Part shown: piece after piece, positions 1-8,941 of the stretch
Layout of the letters: each line of letters opens with the position of its first letter
How positions within the stretch are numbered: the stretch's first letter is position 1
Assembly: GCA_965261395.1 (NCBI GenBank)
Contig: OZ253462.1
Location: 4,192,001-4,256,000, forward strand
Length of the DNA stretch: 64,000 nt
Source: Candidatus Latescibacterota bacterium
Lineage (GTDB): Bacteria; Latescibacterota; UBA2968; UBA8231
Direction of reading: 5' to 3'
Program-made: the position numbers and the translations under genes
The notes under the pieces: generated by a model
What the model saw: only the letters and a program-made list of their open reading frames with translations
The model's database searches: none
What the model was told of the DNA's origin: nothing

Positions 1-1
1 T

Positions 2-1477
2 CGCGACGGCAATTATGAGATTTATGTGATGGGTTCGGATGGGAGCGACCCCCGCCGCCTGACCGACAACTCGGCCTCGGACCAGTCTCCTTCTTGGTCT
101 CCTGATGGTCAGCACATCGCCTTCTCGTCGAATCGCGACGGCAGCAATTACAATTATGAGATTTACGTGATGGCCGCGGACGACTCGGATGGGAGCAGCC
201 TCCGCCGCCTGACCAACCATAGGCGAATTCATGAGAGTCCTTCTTGGTCTCCTGATGGCCAGCACATCGCCTTCTCGTCGAATCGCGACGGCAAATATGA
301 GATTTACGTGATGGCCGCGGACGACTCGGATGGGAGCAGCCTCCGCCGCCTGACCGACAACTCGGCCTCGGACTTGTCTCCTTCTTGGTCTCCTGATGGC
401 CAGCACATCGCCTTCTCGTCGAATCGCGACGGCAAAGTGGGGATTCACGTGATGAAAGTGGACGGCTCGGAGACGCCGGAGCCTGTGACGCCGGAGCCTG
501 AGACGCCGGAGCCTGAGACGCCGGAGCCTGAGACGCCGGAGCCTGTGACGCCGGAGCCTGTGACGCCGGAGCCTGAGACGCCGGAGCCTGTGACGCCGGA
601 GCCTGTGACGCCGGAGCCTGTGACGCCGGAGCCTGAGACGCCGGAGCCTGAGACGCCGGAGCCTGTGACGCCGGAGCCTGTGACGCCGGAGCCTGAGACG
701 CCGGAGCCTGAGACGCCGGAGCCTGTGACGCCGACTGATCCCGTGGCTGGTGGCTCAACAGGCGAGGTGGCGATGTTTTCGCTGCCGGGGGATGCGTCGA
801 TGGAGTTTGTGTGGATCGAGCCGGGGGTGTTTCAGATGGGGTCGAATACGGGTCGGAAAGATGAAAGTCCGGTGCATGAGGTAGAGATTAGTCGTGGTTT
901 TTGGTTGGGGAAATATGAGATCACGCAGGGTCAGTGGAAGGCGGTGATGAATGATGAGCCTTGGTCTGGTCGGAAAAGAGTTATTTCAGATTCATCTCAT
1001 CCGGCGGTGATTATTTCTTGGGATGAGGTGCAGGAGTTTATCGGTCGTCTGAATGCGGCAGTGGGCGAGGAATTGTATCGTCTTCCGACCGAGGCGGAGT
1101 GGGAGTATGCGTGTCGAGCGGGGACGCAGACGCGGTGGTCGTTTGGGGATGACGAGAGCCAACTGAAGAATTATGCGTGGTATTTTAACAATTCTGAAGG
1201 AGCGAAAGCGGTAGGTAGTAGGTTGCCGAATCCTTGGGGCTTGTACGATATGCACGGGAATATTTGGGAGTGGGTTCAGGACTGGTATGACGAGGAGTAT
1301 TATAATAGCTCGCTTCGGAATGACCCCCAGGGGCCTACATCCGGCCTAGGTCGCGTCATCCGGGGTGGCCACTTCGGCCATATTGACGGCGTGCAGTCGG
1401 CGTATCGTCACTTACACTCGCCCGAATCCCGCAGCTATACCATCGGCGTGCGCCTGCTCAGGATTCCGGGCGATTAA
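2..1477 (+). CDS. 5'-truncated protein: PD40 (TolB-like) repeats, (E/V)TPEP linker, C-terminal FGE-sulfatase/SUMF1 domain
   Basis: Frame is open from the window start. Contains SPSWSPDGQHIAFSSNRDG repeats and the FGE-family motifs FQMGS, RLPTEAEWEYACRAG, NPWGLYDMHGNxWEW and RVIRGG. Confidence 0.9.
   Translation, partial: RDGNYEIYVMGSDGSDPRRLTDNSASDQSPSWSPDGQHIAFSSNRDGSNYNYEIYVMAADDSDGSSLRRLTNHRRIHESPSWSPDGQHIAFSSNRDGKYEIYVMAADDSDGSSLRRLTDNSASDLSPSWSPDGQHIAFSSNRDGKVGIHVMKVDGSETPEPVTPEPETPEPETPEPETPEPVTPEPVTPEPETPEPVTPEPVTPEPVTPEPETPEPETPEPVTPEPVTPEPETPEPETPEPVTPTDPVAGGSTGEVAMFSLPGDASMEFVWIEPGVFQMGSNTGRKDESPVHEVEISRGFWLGKYEITQGQWKAVMNDEPWSGRKRVISDSSHPAVIISWDEVQEFIGRLNAAVGEELYRLPTEAEWEYACRAGTQTRWSFGDDESQLKNYAWYFNNSEGAKAVGSRLPNPWGLYDMHGNIWEWVQDWYDEEYYNSSLRNDPQGPTSGLGRVIRGGHFGHIDGVQSAYRHLHSPESRSYTIGVRLLRIPGD
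470..733 (+). repeat. 15-bp tandem repeat G(A/T)GACGCCGGAGCCT, 17 full units plus a partial one, encoding (E/V)TPEP
   Basis: Read directly; units differ only at one A/T position. Confidence 0.95.
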
Positions 1478-1583
1478 TGTCCCTTGGTCAACCTACTAGC
1501 ACCATTGGCAGTACGTTATAGCCGTACTCTGCTACTGCCGCGGTCTCTTTTCCTCTATCCATTTCTCTTAAAGGTAATGTGCT

Positions 1584-4500
1584 ATGAATCTTTTAGTAAT
1601 GGCCCTGATGGGCTTGCTCGTTTTCGTCCACGCTGGCACGGCGCAGCAATCCACTGTTTCCGGTAAGGTGCGGCTTGCCGATGGGTGGCCAGTGGCCGGG
1701 GCACAAGTGACGCTGTTTGACTTGGCCGCTTTGCATCAAGGCGCGGTGGCACGGGCGATAAGCGATGAGTCTGGGTTTTTCGCGCTGCCGCTGGCGTCGT
1801 TGGGCAGGTCGGCGTTGCCGCAGGGATTTGCCCTAGGACCGAATTACCCCAACCCGTTCAACCCTTCGACCGTGATCCCCTATCAAGTTCCCATGGCCAC
1901 GCAGGTGCGGCTCGATGTGTTTAACGTGTTGGGACAGCATATTGCAACGCTGGTGGACGTGGAACAGCCGGCCGGTTTTCACGCGGCGCAGTGGGATGCG
2001 ACCGATGCGGCGGGTCAGGCGATGGCCGCTGGGGTGTATCTCTATCGGTTGACGGTGAGTGGAGGGCAGCAGACCCAGCGGATGGTGCTGGTGGATGGGC
2101 AGGCGGGGATCGCAGCGGCTCCCTCAGCATCGGTCGCGATGGCCACAGAAGCGGTGGAGCGGGAATATGGCCTCGTTGTTTCAGGCGAGGGCTTGACGAC
2201 CTACACGGATGCAGCGTTTGGAGTTCGAGTAGGGATGGCAGCGGTAGAGTTGGTCGTGGATGCGGCACCGTTGACGAGTGGCAACGCGCTGGCAGAGGAC
2301 ATTTGGGGAGATGTGAATAACGATGGGCAGGTGAGTCTGGAAGACGCGATGCTTGTGGTGATGTCCCGCTCCAATCCGTCTATTGCCATGCCGAACAACG
2401 GCAGTATTCGCTTGGGGGATGTCAACGGCGATGGGGCAGTCAATGGGCCGGATGTGCTGGTTATTATGAGGTATATATCGAATCCGTTGGATGGGGCACT
2501 GCCTGCGGGGATCGGTCAAAGGATAGCGAGTGGGAAACGGGTTTCGGACGACTCAGATGTGAGCCGGCTAACCGACCTCTCGGCCAGGGACAGGTCTCCC
2601 TCTTGGTCGCCGGATGGCCAGCACATCGCCTTCATGTCCGTGTCCGAGAGCGACAACTCTGAGATTTACGTGATGGATTTGAATGGGAACAACCGTCGCA
2701 ACCTGACCAACCTCTCGGCCAGGGACGAGTCTCCCTCTTGGTCGCCGGATGGCCAGCACATCGCCTTCATGTCCGTGTCCGAGAGCGACAACTCTGAGAT
2801 TTACGTGATGGATTTGAATGGGAACAACCGTCGCAACCTGACCAACCTCTCGGCCAGGGACGAGTCTCCCTCTTGGTCGCCGGGTGGCCAGCACATCGCC
2901 TTCGAGTCCTACCGCGACGGCAACGACAACTCTGAGATTTACGTGATGGGTTCGGATGGGAGCAACCCTCGCCGCTTGACCGACCACCCGGCCTTGGACA
3001 GGGCTCCCTCTTGGTCGCCGGGTGGCCAGCACATCGCCTTCGAGTCCTACCGCGACGGCAACGACAACTCTGAGATTTACGTGATGGGTTCGGATGGGAG
3101 CAACCCTCGCCGCCTGACCAACCACAAGGCCAAGGACGGGTCTCCCTCTTGGTCGCCGGATGGCCAGCACATCACCTTCTCGTCTGATCGCGACGGCAAT
3201 AAGGAGATTTACGTGATGGGTTCGGATGGGAGCAACCCTCGCCGCCTGACCAACCACAAAAAATCGGATGTGACCCCTGTTTGGTCGCCGGATGGCCAGC
3301 GCATCGCCTTCTCGTCTGATCGCGACGGCAATTTGGGGGTTTACGTGATTGTGTACGTGATGGATGGTGACGGCGATGGGGGTACACCCAGCTTTGAGGG
3401 TGCGACGGTTGCCAATCAGACGGTTGCCGCAGGGGAAGTGATGACCCCGTTGGTGTTGCCTATGGCTTTGGGTGGCGACGGCGAGTTGACCTATAGCTTG
3501 TCGCTGTCGCCGGTGGTGCCGGGTTTGACGTTTGATGCGGCGACTCGGACGCTTTCGGGCACGCCGACGGTAGCCGAGGACTATGCGTTGACCTACCGGG
3601 TGGAGGATAGCGACGGCGATACCGATGAGTTGACCTTCACGGTGACCGTTGATGAGGAGCCGATGTTCGCGGACACGGACACGGTTGCCGATCAGACGGT
3701 TGCTGCAGGGGAAGCGATGACCCCGTTGGTGTTGCCTGCGGGTTCGGGTGGCGATGGCGAGTTGACCTATAGCTTGTCGCCGAAGGTGCCGGGTTTGACG
3801 TTTGATGCGGCGACTCGGACGCTTTCGGGCACGCCGACGGTAGCCGAGGACTATGCGTTGACCTACCGGGTGGAGGATAGCGACGGCGATGCCGATGAGT
3901 TGACCTTTGCCCTGAAAGTCGATGGCCTACCCAGCTTTGAGGGTACGGCGGAGCTTCCAGGGGGTGCGTCGATGGAGTTTGTGTGGATCGAGCCGGGGGT
4001 GTTTCAGATGGGATCGAAGGATAGGACGGGTCGGAAAGATGAATGGCCGATACATGAGGTGGAGATTAGTCGTGGTTTTTGGTTGGGGAAGTATGAGATC
4101 ACGCAGAGTCAGTGGAAGTCGGTGATGGATACAGAGCCTTGGTCTGGTCGGGACAGAGTTGAGGCAAATTCATCGCATCCAGCGGTGATTATTTCTTGGA
4201 ATGAAGTGCAGGAGTTTATCGGTCGTCTGAATGCGGCAGCGGGCGAGGAATTGTATCGTCTTCCGACGGAGGCGGAGTGGGAATATGCGTGTCGAGCGGG
4301 GAGTACGACTCGTTGGTCGTTTGGGGATGACGAGAGCCAACTGAGGAATTATGCGTGGTATTTTGACAATACTGAAGGAGCGAAAGCGGTAGGTAGTAAG
4401 TTGCCGAATCCTTGGGGCTTGTATGATATGCACGGGAATGTTTGGGAGTGGGTTCAGGATAGGTATGATGAGGAATATTATAGTAGGTCGGTTCGGGAAG

Positions 4501-4655
4501 ACCCCCAAGGGCCTGAATCCGGCCTTGGTCGCGTCATCCGGGGTGGACACTTCGGCCATATCGACGGCGTACGGTCGGCGTATCGTCAATTCTGCCCGTC
4601 CGGCTCCCGCAGCTATACCATTGGTGTGCGCCTGCTTAGGATTCCGGGGAATTAA
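1584..4655 (+). CDS. Secreted multidomain protein: signal peptide, FlgD/T9SS-sorting-like Ig domain, dockerin, about 6 PD40 repeats, 2 putative Ig (He_PIG-like) domains, FGE-sulfatase domain
   Basis: Hydrophobic N-terminus; NYPNPFNPST; GDVNNDGQVSLED and GDVNGDGAVNGPD dockerin loops; SWSPDGQHIAF repeats; PGLTFDAATRTLSGTPT x2; RLPTEAEWEYACRAG. Confidence 0.9.
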   Translation: MNLLVMALMGLLVFVHAGTAQQSTVSGKVRLADGWPVAGAQVTLFDLAALHQGAVARAISDESGFFALPLASLGRSALPQGFALGPNYPNPFNPSTVIPYQVPMATQVRLDVFNVLGQHIATLVDVEQPAGFHAAQWDATDAAGQAMAAGVYLYRLTVSGGQQTQRMVLVDGQAGIAAAPSASVAMATEAVEREYGLVVSGEGLTTYTDAAFGVRVGMAAVELVVDAAPLTSGNALAEDIWGDVNNDGQVSLEDAMLVVMSRSNPSIAMPNNGSIRLGDVNGDGAVNGPDVLVIMRYISNPLDGALPAGIGQRIASGKRVSDDSDVSRLTDLSARDRSPSWSPDGQHIAFMSVSESDNSEIYVMDLNGNNRRNLTNLSARDESPSWSPDGQHIAFMSVSESDNSEIYVMDLNGNNRRNLTNLSARDESPSWSPGGQHIAFESYRDGNDNSEIYVMGSDGSNPRRLTDHPALDRAPSWSPGGQHIAFESYRDGNDNSEIYVMGSDGSNPRRLTNHKAKDGSPSWSPDGQHITFSSDRDGNKEIYVMGSDGSNPRRLTNHKKSDVTPVWSPDGQRIAFSSDRDGNLGVYVIVYVMDGDGDGGTPSFEGATVANQTVAAGEVMTPLVLPMALGGDGELTYSLSLSPVVPGLTFDAATRTLSGTPTVAEDYALTYRVEDSDGDTDELTFTVTVDEEPMFADTDTVADQTVAAGEAMTPLVLPAGSGGDGELTYSLSPKVPGLTFDAATRTLSGTPTVAEDYALTYRVEDSDGDADELTFALKVDGLPSFEGTAELPGGASMEFVWIEPGVFQMGSKDRTGRKDEWPIHEVEISRGFWLGKYEITQSQWKSVMDTEPWSGRDRVEANSSHPAVIISWNEVQEFIGRLNAAAGEELYRLPTEAEWEYACRAGSTTRWSFGDDESQLRNYAWYFDNTEGAKAVGSKLPNPWGLYDMHGNVWEWVQDRYDEEYYSRSVREDPQGPESGLGRVIRGGHFGHIDGVRSAYRQFCPSGSRSYTIGVRLLRIPGN
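2571..3350 (+). repeat. Near-identical 132-138 bp DNA-level tandem duplications encoding PD40 blades
   Basis: For example 2571-2705 and 2706-2840 are almost identical, and the later units are pairwise near-identical. Confidence 0.85.
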
Positions 4656-4693
4656 TCGCTTAATGTCTTAACCAATCACACCATCTCTGTCTC

Positions 4694-4733
4694 AATCTGC
4701 GCGGCGGTTTTCATTGTGTCGTGCAGATTTTTT
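4694..4733 (+). terminator. Intrinsic terminator
   Basis: AATCTGCGCGGC...GTCGTGCAGATT stem followed by a T-run, downstream of the 4655 stop. Confidence 0.7.
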
Positions 4734-4757
4734 GTTCAACAGTAAAGGAGGCCTACT

Positions 4758-5627
4758 ATGACCACGTTTAGCAAGGGCCTAATGATTGCCCTTTCCCTCT
4801 GTTTGCTGCTCGCTCTGAACGCTTCTTTCGCCCAAGAGGATTCTTGGGAGACGGTTGCTGTCTATATGGTGGATCCTATAGACGAGAAAGTGTCGCTGGG
4901 AGTTCGGGAGTACGTAGAAAATTTAACTTGGCAGACATTCAAGCGTGATTTTACTCTAGCGAGGCAAGCTCAACTGGCTCAGGTGGAAGCGGAAAATGAG
5001 GCACGAATTCGAGCGGCTGCGCGTTTCTTAGAGGATGATCTGAGCAGCCGCGGAGACGGTACAAGCATGTGGTATCCGGCTTGGATTCCCTTGGCGCTTG
5101 CTGCTACTACGGAGGACTCGCTTTTCAAGAACATCCTAGAGATTGAGGGGCGAATGTACTCAGCCGGACCAAGGGCTGGTGAACGACAGACCCTGAGAGA
5201 GTATTTCGAAATGGACGGAGCCGAGCCGGACGGATTGAATGCTGATGGATCGCAAAGATTTCGTTACTGTATTTCGTCCAGCCCGAACTGTCGCGAGGAA
5301 AATTATGCTTATTTCAGGGAATTGCTTGAAATCCATTACCAGTCTCTGATGTCAGTGACAGCACCTAGAATTATTTCATTTACGGTTCGGGCGAGGTGGA
5401 CTGAGCCTTTTGTGCCTGAGCTTTTTGTGGATGAACAAGCGGAACAAGTTGGAGTAGTGATCGCAGAATTTGACTATGACAGTATTCGGCTTTTGCAGCC
5501 AGCGGTCATGAACCCGGATGAGTCTGTGATTGATCTTGCGCCTTATTGGGAGCCAGCGGCCAAGGCGACCGCTTCTGCTAAGGCTTCCTCTTGGGGGCGT
5601 ATCAAGGCGACATTCGCCGACGATTAG
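4758..5627 (+). CDS. Hypothetical secreted protein with C-terminal SSWGRIKATF motif
   Basis: Strong SD AAAGGAGG, signal-peptide-like N-terminus (ASFA/QE), C-terminal WGxIK motif. Confidence 0.75.
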   Translation: MTTFSKGLMIALSLCLLLALNASFAQEDSWETVAVYMVDPIDEKVSLGVREYVENLTWQTFKRDFTLARQAQLAQVEAENEARIRAAARFLEDDLSSRGDGTSMWYPAWIPLALAATTEDSLFKNILEIEGRMYSAGPRAGERQTLREYFEMDGAEPDGLNADGSQRFRYCISSSPNCREENYAYFRELLEIHYQSLMSVTAPRIISFTVRARWTEPFVPELFVDEQAEQVGVVIAEFDYDSIRLLQPAVMNPDESVIDLAPYWEPAAKATASAKASSWGRIKATFADD

Positions 5628-5777
5628 CCTGTGTGACAAGCCCCGGTTGGACAATGGTCTGGCCAGGGCTTAACATCGCCAGCGGGCTCCATTCTCCTCC
5701 CCGTCTCCCTAAAAGCGATGGACGACGCAAGCTATAGGCCGTTTAACCCAAACTCACGTTAATAGGGAGATTTTTAT

Positions 5778-7445
5778 ATGAGATTTCTAATAGTATGTCT
5801 GATGGGCTTGATGCTTCCTGTTCAAGCGAATACGGCACAGCAAGCCACTGTCTCCGGGCGGGTGCGGCTTGCCGTCGATGGGCGGCCAGTGGCCGGGGCA
5901 CAAGTGACGCTCTTTGACTTGGCCGATTTGCATCAAGGCGTGGTGGCGCGGGCGACGACCGATGAGTCTGGGTATTTCGCACTGTCATTGGCGTCGTTGG
6001 GCGAGTCGGCCTTGCCGCAGAGATTTGCCCTGGGACATAATTACCCCAACCCATTCAATCCTTCGACTGTGATCCCCTATCAGTTGCCTGCGGCGACGCA
6101 CGTGCGGCTTGATGTCTTTAACGTATTGGGACAGCATGTTGCGACGTTGGTGGACGCGGAGCGACAGGCCGGTTTTCACGCGGCGAAGTGGGATGCTACC
6201 GATGCGGCGGGATAGGCAATGGCCGCTGGGGTGTATCTCTATCGGTTGACGACGAGCGGAGGGCAGCAGATTCAGCGGATGGTGCTCATTGACGGGCAGG
6301 CGGGGATCGCGGTGGAGGCTCCCTCGGCAGCGGCGATCATGTCCGCGGACATGGCGGAGCGGGAATATGGTCTTGTTGTTTCGGGTGAGGGCTTGACGAC
6401 CTACACGGATGTAGCTTTTGGAGTTCGAGCAGGGATGGCAGCGGTAGAGTTGGTAGTGGAAGCGGCACCGTTGACGATGGCGAGCGGGAAACGGACCTCG
6501 GGCAACTCGGATAACTTTCCCTCTTGGTCGCCAGATGGCGATCAGATCGCCTTCGTGTCCGACCGCGAAGGCGACAGCTTTGAGATTTACGTGATGGACG
6601 CGGACGGCTCTGATATGATTGTAGTGGACGACGAGGAAGTGGCGGACGACGAGGAAGTGGCGGACGATGAGGAAATAGTAGTGGACGACGAGGAAGTGGC
6701 GGACGACGAGAAGGAGACGGTGGAGACGGTTTCGTTGCTTCCTGGAGAGGCGTCGATGGAGTTTGTGTGGATCGAGCCAGGGATGTTTCAGATGGGGTCG
6801 GATACGGGCCGAAGAGATGAAGGTCCGATCCATGAGGTGAAGATTAGCCGTGGTTTTTGGCTGGGGAAATACGAGGTCACGCAGAAACAGTGGAAGGCGG
6901 TGATGGATGAAGAGCCTTGGGCTGGCCGGGACCGAGTTAAGCCAGATCCAGATTATCCGGCGGTGATTGTCTCTTGGGATAAAGTGCAGGAGTTTATCCG
7001 TCGTCTTAACGAAGACGCGGGCAAGGATTTGTATCGTCTTCCGACGGAGGCGGAGTGGGAGTATGCGTGTCGAGCGGAAACGCAAACGCGATGGTCGTTT
7101 GGGGATGACGAGAGCCGATTGGCGGATCATGCGTGGTATGATGGTAATAACTATCCTACCAAAGGAGCAAAAGAGGTAGGGACGAAGTTGCCGAATCCTT
7201 GGGGTCTGTATGATATGCACGGGAATGTTTGGGAGTGGGTTCAGGATTGGTATGACGAGGAGTATTATAACAGGTCTGTTCGGAAAGACCCTCAAGGGCC
7301 TACATCCGGCTCCGGTCGTGTCATCCGGGGTGGCCACTTCGGCCATTTCTACGACGGGGTACGGTCAGCATATCGCCACCTCCACTCGCCCGATTCTCGC
7401 AGCTATAGCATTGGTGTGCGCCTGCTCAGGATTGCGGGGGATTAA
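5778..7445 (+). pseudogene. Paralogue of 1584-4655 (FlgD-like, single PD40, acidic linker, FGE-sulfatase) interrupted by an in-frame TAG at 6213-6215
   Basis: ORFs 5778-6215 and 6219-7445 are in the same frame. The paralogue reads GGT CAG GCG ATG (G-Q-A-M) where this copy reads GGA TAG GCA ATG. Confidence 0.8.
6621..6710 (+). repeat. About 18-bp imperfect tandem repeat encoding V(A/V)DDEE acidic linker
   Basis: GTGGCGGACGACGAGGAA-like units, about 5 copies. Confidence 0.85.
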
Positions 7446-7447
7446 TT

Positions 7448-7492
7448 GGGAACCCCAAGCTCGGTTTCGCGCCGGGCTTGGGGTTCCCTTTT
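7448..7492 (+). terminator. Strong intrinsic terminator hairpin
   Basis: GGGAACCCCAAGCTCGG / CCGGGCTTGGGGTTCCC 17-bp stem plus TTTT, between convergent genes. Confidence 0.85.
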
Positions 7493-7528
7493 CGCTATGA
7501 CTGGCCCTGTCGGCGGCTCAGACAAAAA

Positions 7529-8632
7529 TCACTCCAAATAGCCCAGCTTCCGCAGCCGCTGATCCAACAGCGCACGGTCTGCGGATGGGGCAAATCCTTT
7601 CCGTACATAGCTAGAAGCCGTTCGGAGTGCTGCGTACGCTTGATGGTATGGGCGCGTATCTAGCGCTGCGAGCGGCCGATCGCTAAATGTTTCGACCAAG
7701 GTCTCGCGCTGGGTCGATTGATCGCAGGTGAATTTGGCGCTGGCGTTGAAGAGGGACCATTGGCGACCGTATTGCGCGGCCGGGCCGGGGTCAATTTCGG
7801 CTAAGTAGTACTCGGGTGGGGAAGGGGTGCGGATGTCGCGGGCAAAGCCGTCGTAGGGATAATCCAACTGCAATAGCGATAAAAAAGTCGGGAAGAGGTC
7901 TACCAGCGAGATGAGGTTGCGCCCGACAGGTTCTCCCGAGGGAAGTCGATAGTACAAAGGCACCCGCAACACGTCGTTGCACAGGGTCTGGCCGTGATAG
8001 GGTTCATCGGCCCGCCAGCTCTGGCCGTGGTCGCTGATGATGAAAACGGCCCATGCGCTTAGGTCCAAGGCGGCCAACAGCCGGGCAATATGCTGCTCGA
8101 AGAGTTGTTCAATGGTAGCGCGATAGCGCGCCTGCACCACGTCGATGCGCCCTGCCTCTAGCAGCCGGCCCACCTCGCCAAAGGCCAGCCCGTCTGCGGC
8201 ACCATAGGGGGGATGAACGCTCCAGTAGTGGACAAAGAGAACGGTCGGCTCGCGGAGTTGTAGCCAGCCGGCGAGCTGATCGTCTGTGGGCAAGGGAGCG
8301 ATGTGATTGGCATAGCTCAGGCCGGTGAAAATGTCCGGGGCCTCTGAGAACGCGCCGACCGCATAGCCAGCTCGATGGCAAAGGGCGAAGAGGTCGGCAA
8401 CGCCCTGACGCATAGCGGGGGAGTGCTGGCCTTCGATGCCGTGTTCAAACGGGTATAGTCCGGTAAAAAGCGAGGTGTGGACCGGGCGAGTCGCCGAAGA
8501 AACCGAAAAGCAGTGCTGGCAGAGGTGAAAATCGCGCGCCAAGTCGGAAAATCGGGGTGTGTGCACGGCCGTACTGACCCCGGGGGCAAAATCCAAACGC
8601 AGGCTATCGACCGAAATCAACAGCAGGTTCAT
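7529..8632 (-). CDS. Sulfatase-like / alkaline phosphatase superfamily hydrolase
   Basis: NLLLISVDSLR, TRPVHTSLFTGLYP, HPPY, SDHG, and C-terminal QRLRKLGYLE. Confidence 0.85.
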   Translation of the reverse strand: MNLLLISVDSLRLDFAPGVSTAVHTPRFSDLARDFHLCQHCFSVSSATRPVHTSLFTGLYPFEHGIEGQHSPAMRQGVADLFALCHRAGYAVGAFSEAPDIFTGLSYANHIAPLPTDDQLAGWLQLREPTVLFVHYWSVHPPYGAADGLAFGEVGRLLEAGRIDVVQARYRATIEQLFEQHIARLLAALDLSAWAVFIISDHGQSWRADEPYHGQTLCNDVLRVPLYYRLPSGEPVGRNLISLVDLFPTFLSLLQLDYPYDGFARDIRTPSPPEYYLAEIDPGPAAQYGRQWSLFNASAKFTCDQSTQRETLVETFSDRPLAALDTRPYHQAYAALRTASSYVRKGFAPSADRALLDQRLRKLGYLE

Positions 8633-8913
8633 GGTTGACGCTGGACGATTCTGTTCTTTACGGCGTTGGAGGGCTTGAAGGTCGGGGTCTTGCGCTTGGG
8701 GATTGCGATGGCTGCGCCGGCTTTGGGGTTGCGGCCGGTGCGCGGTGCGCGCTCCACGACCTTGAAGGTGCCAAAGCCGCGGATTTCGACGTGGTCGCCC
8801 TTTTCCAATGCTTGGGCTATGGCTTCGATAAAACCCTCGATAACGGCCGTGGTGTCCACTTGGGAGAGCCCCGTACTCCGGGCTAGCTGTTGGGCGATTT
8901 CGGCTTTAGTCAT
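8629..8913 (-). CDS. HU/IHF family DNA-binding protein
   Basis: MTKAEI...EIRGFGTFKVVERAPRTGRNP...PTFKPS. Confidence 0.95.
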   Translation of the reverse strand: MTKAEIAQQLARSTGLSQVDTTAVIEGFIEAIAQALEKGDHVEIRGFGTFKVVERAPRTGRNPKAGAAIAIPKRKTPTFKPSNAVKNRIVQRQP

Positions 8914-8941
8914 TTGCTTTCTCCGTTGCGGTTAGTCGGCG

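Noticed and set aside
470-733. Tandem repeat as a CRISPR array
   Set aside because: No spacers, an in-frame coding 15-mer, and no cas genes.
4662-4672. AATGTCTTAAC half-match to the dif-like left arm
   Set aside because: No right arm at the proper spacing.
6213-6215. Genome-wide TAG recoding or pyrrolysine
   Set aside because: TAG terminates many conserved genes here at expected positions (valS, infB, leuS, mutL), and no pyl genes are seen.
5985-7346. Long antisense ORF (453 aa) and similar shadow ORFs such as 28823-29659 and 60793-61836
   Set aside because: They overlap well-supported genes, have no recognisable motifs, and are expected in GC-rich DNA.
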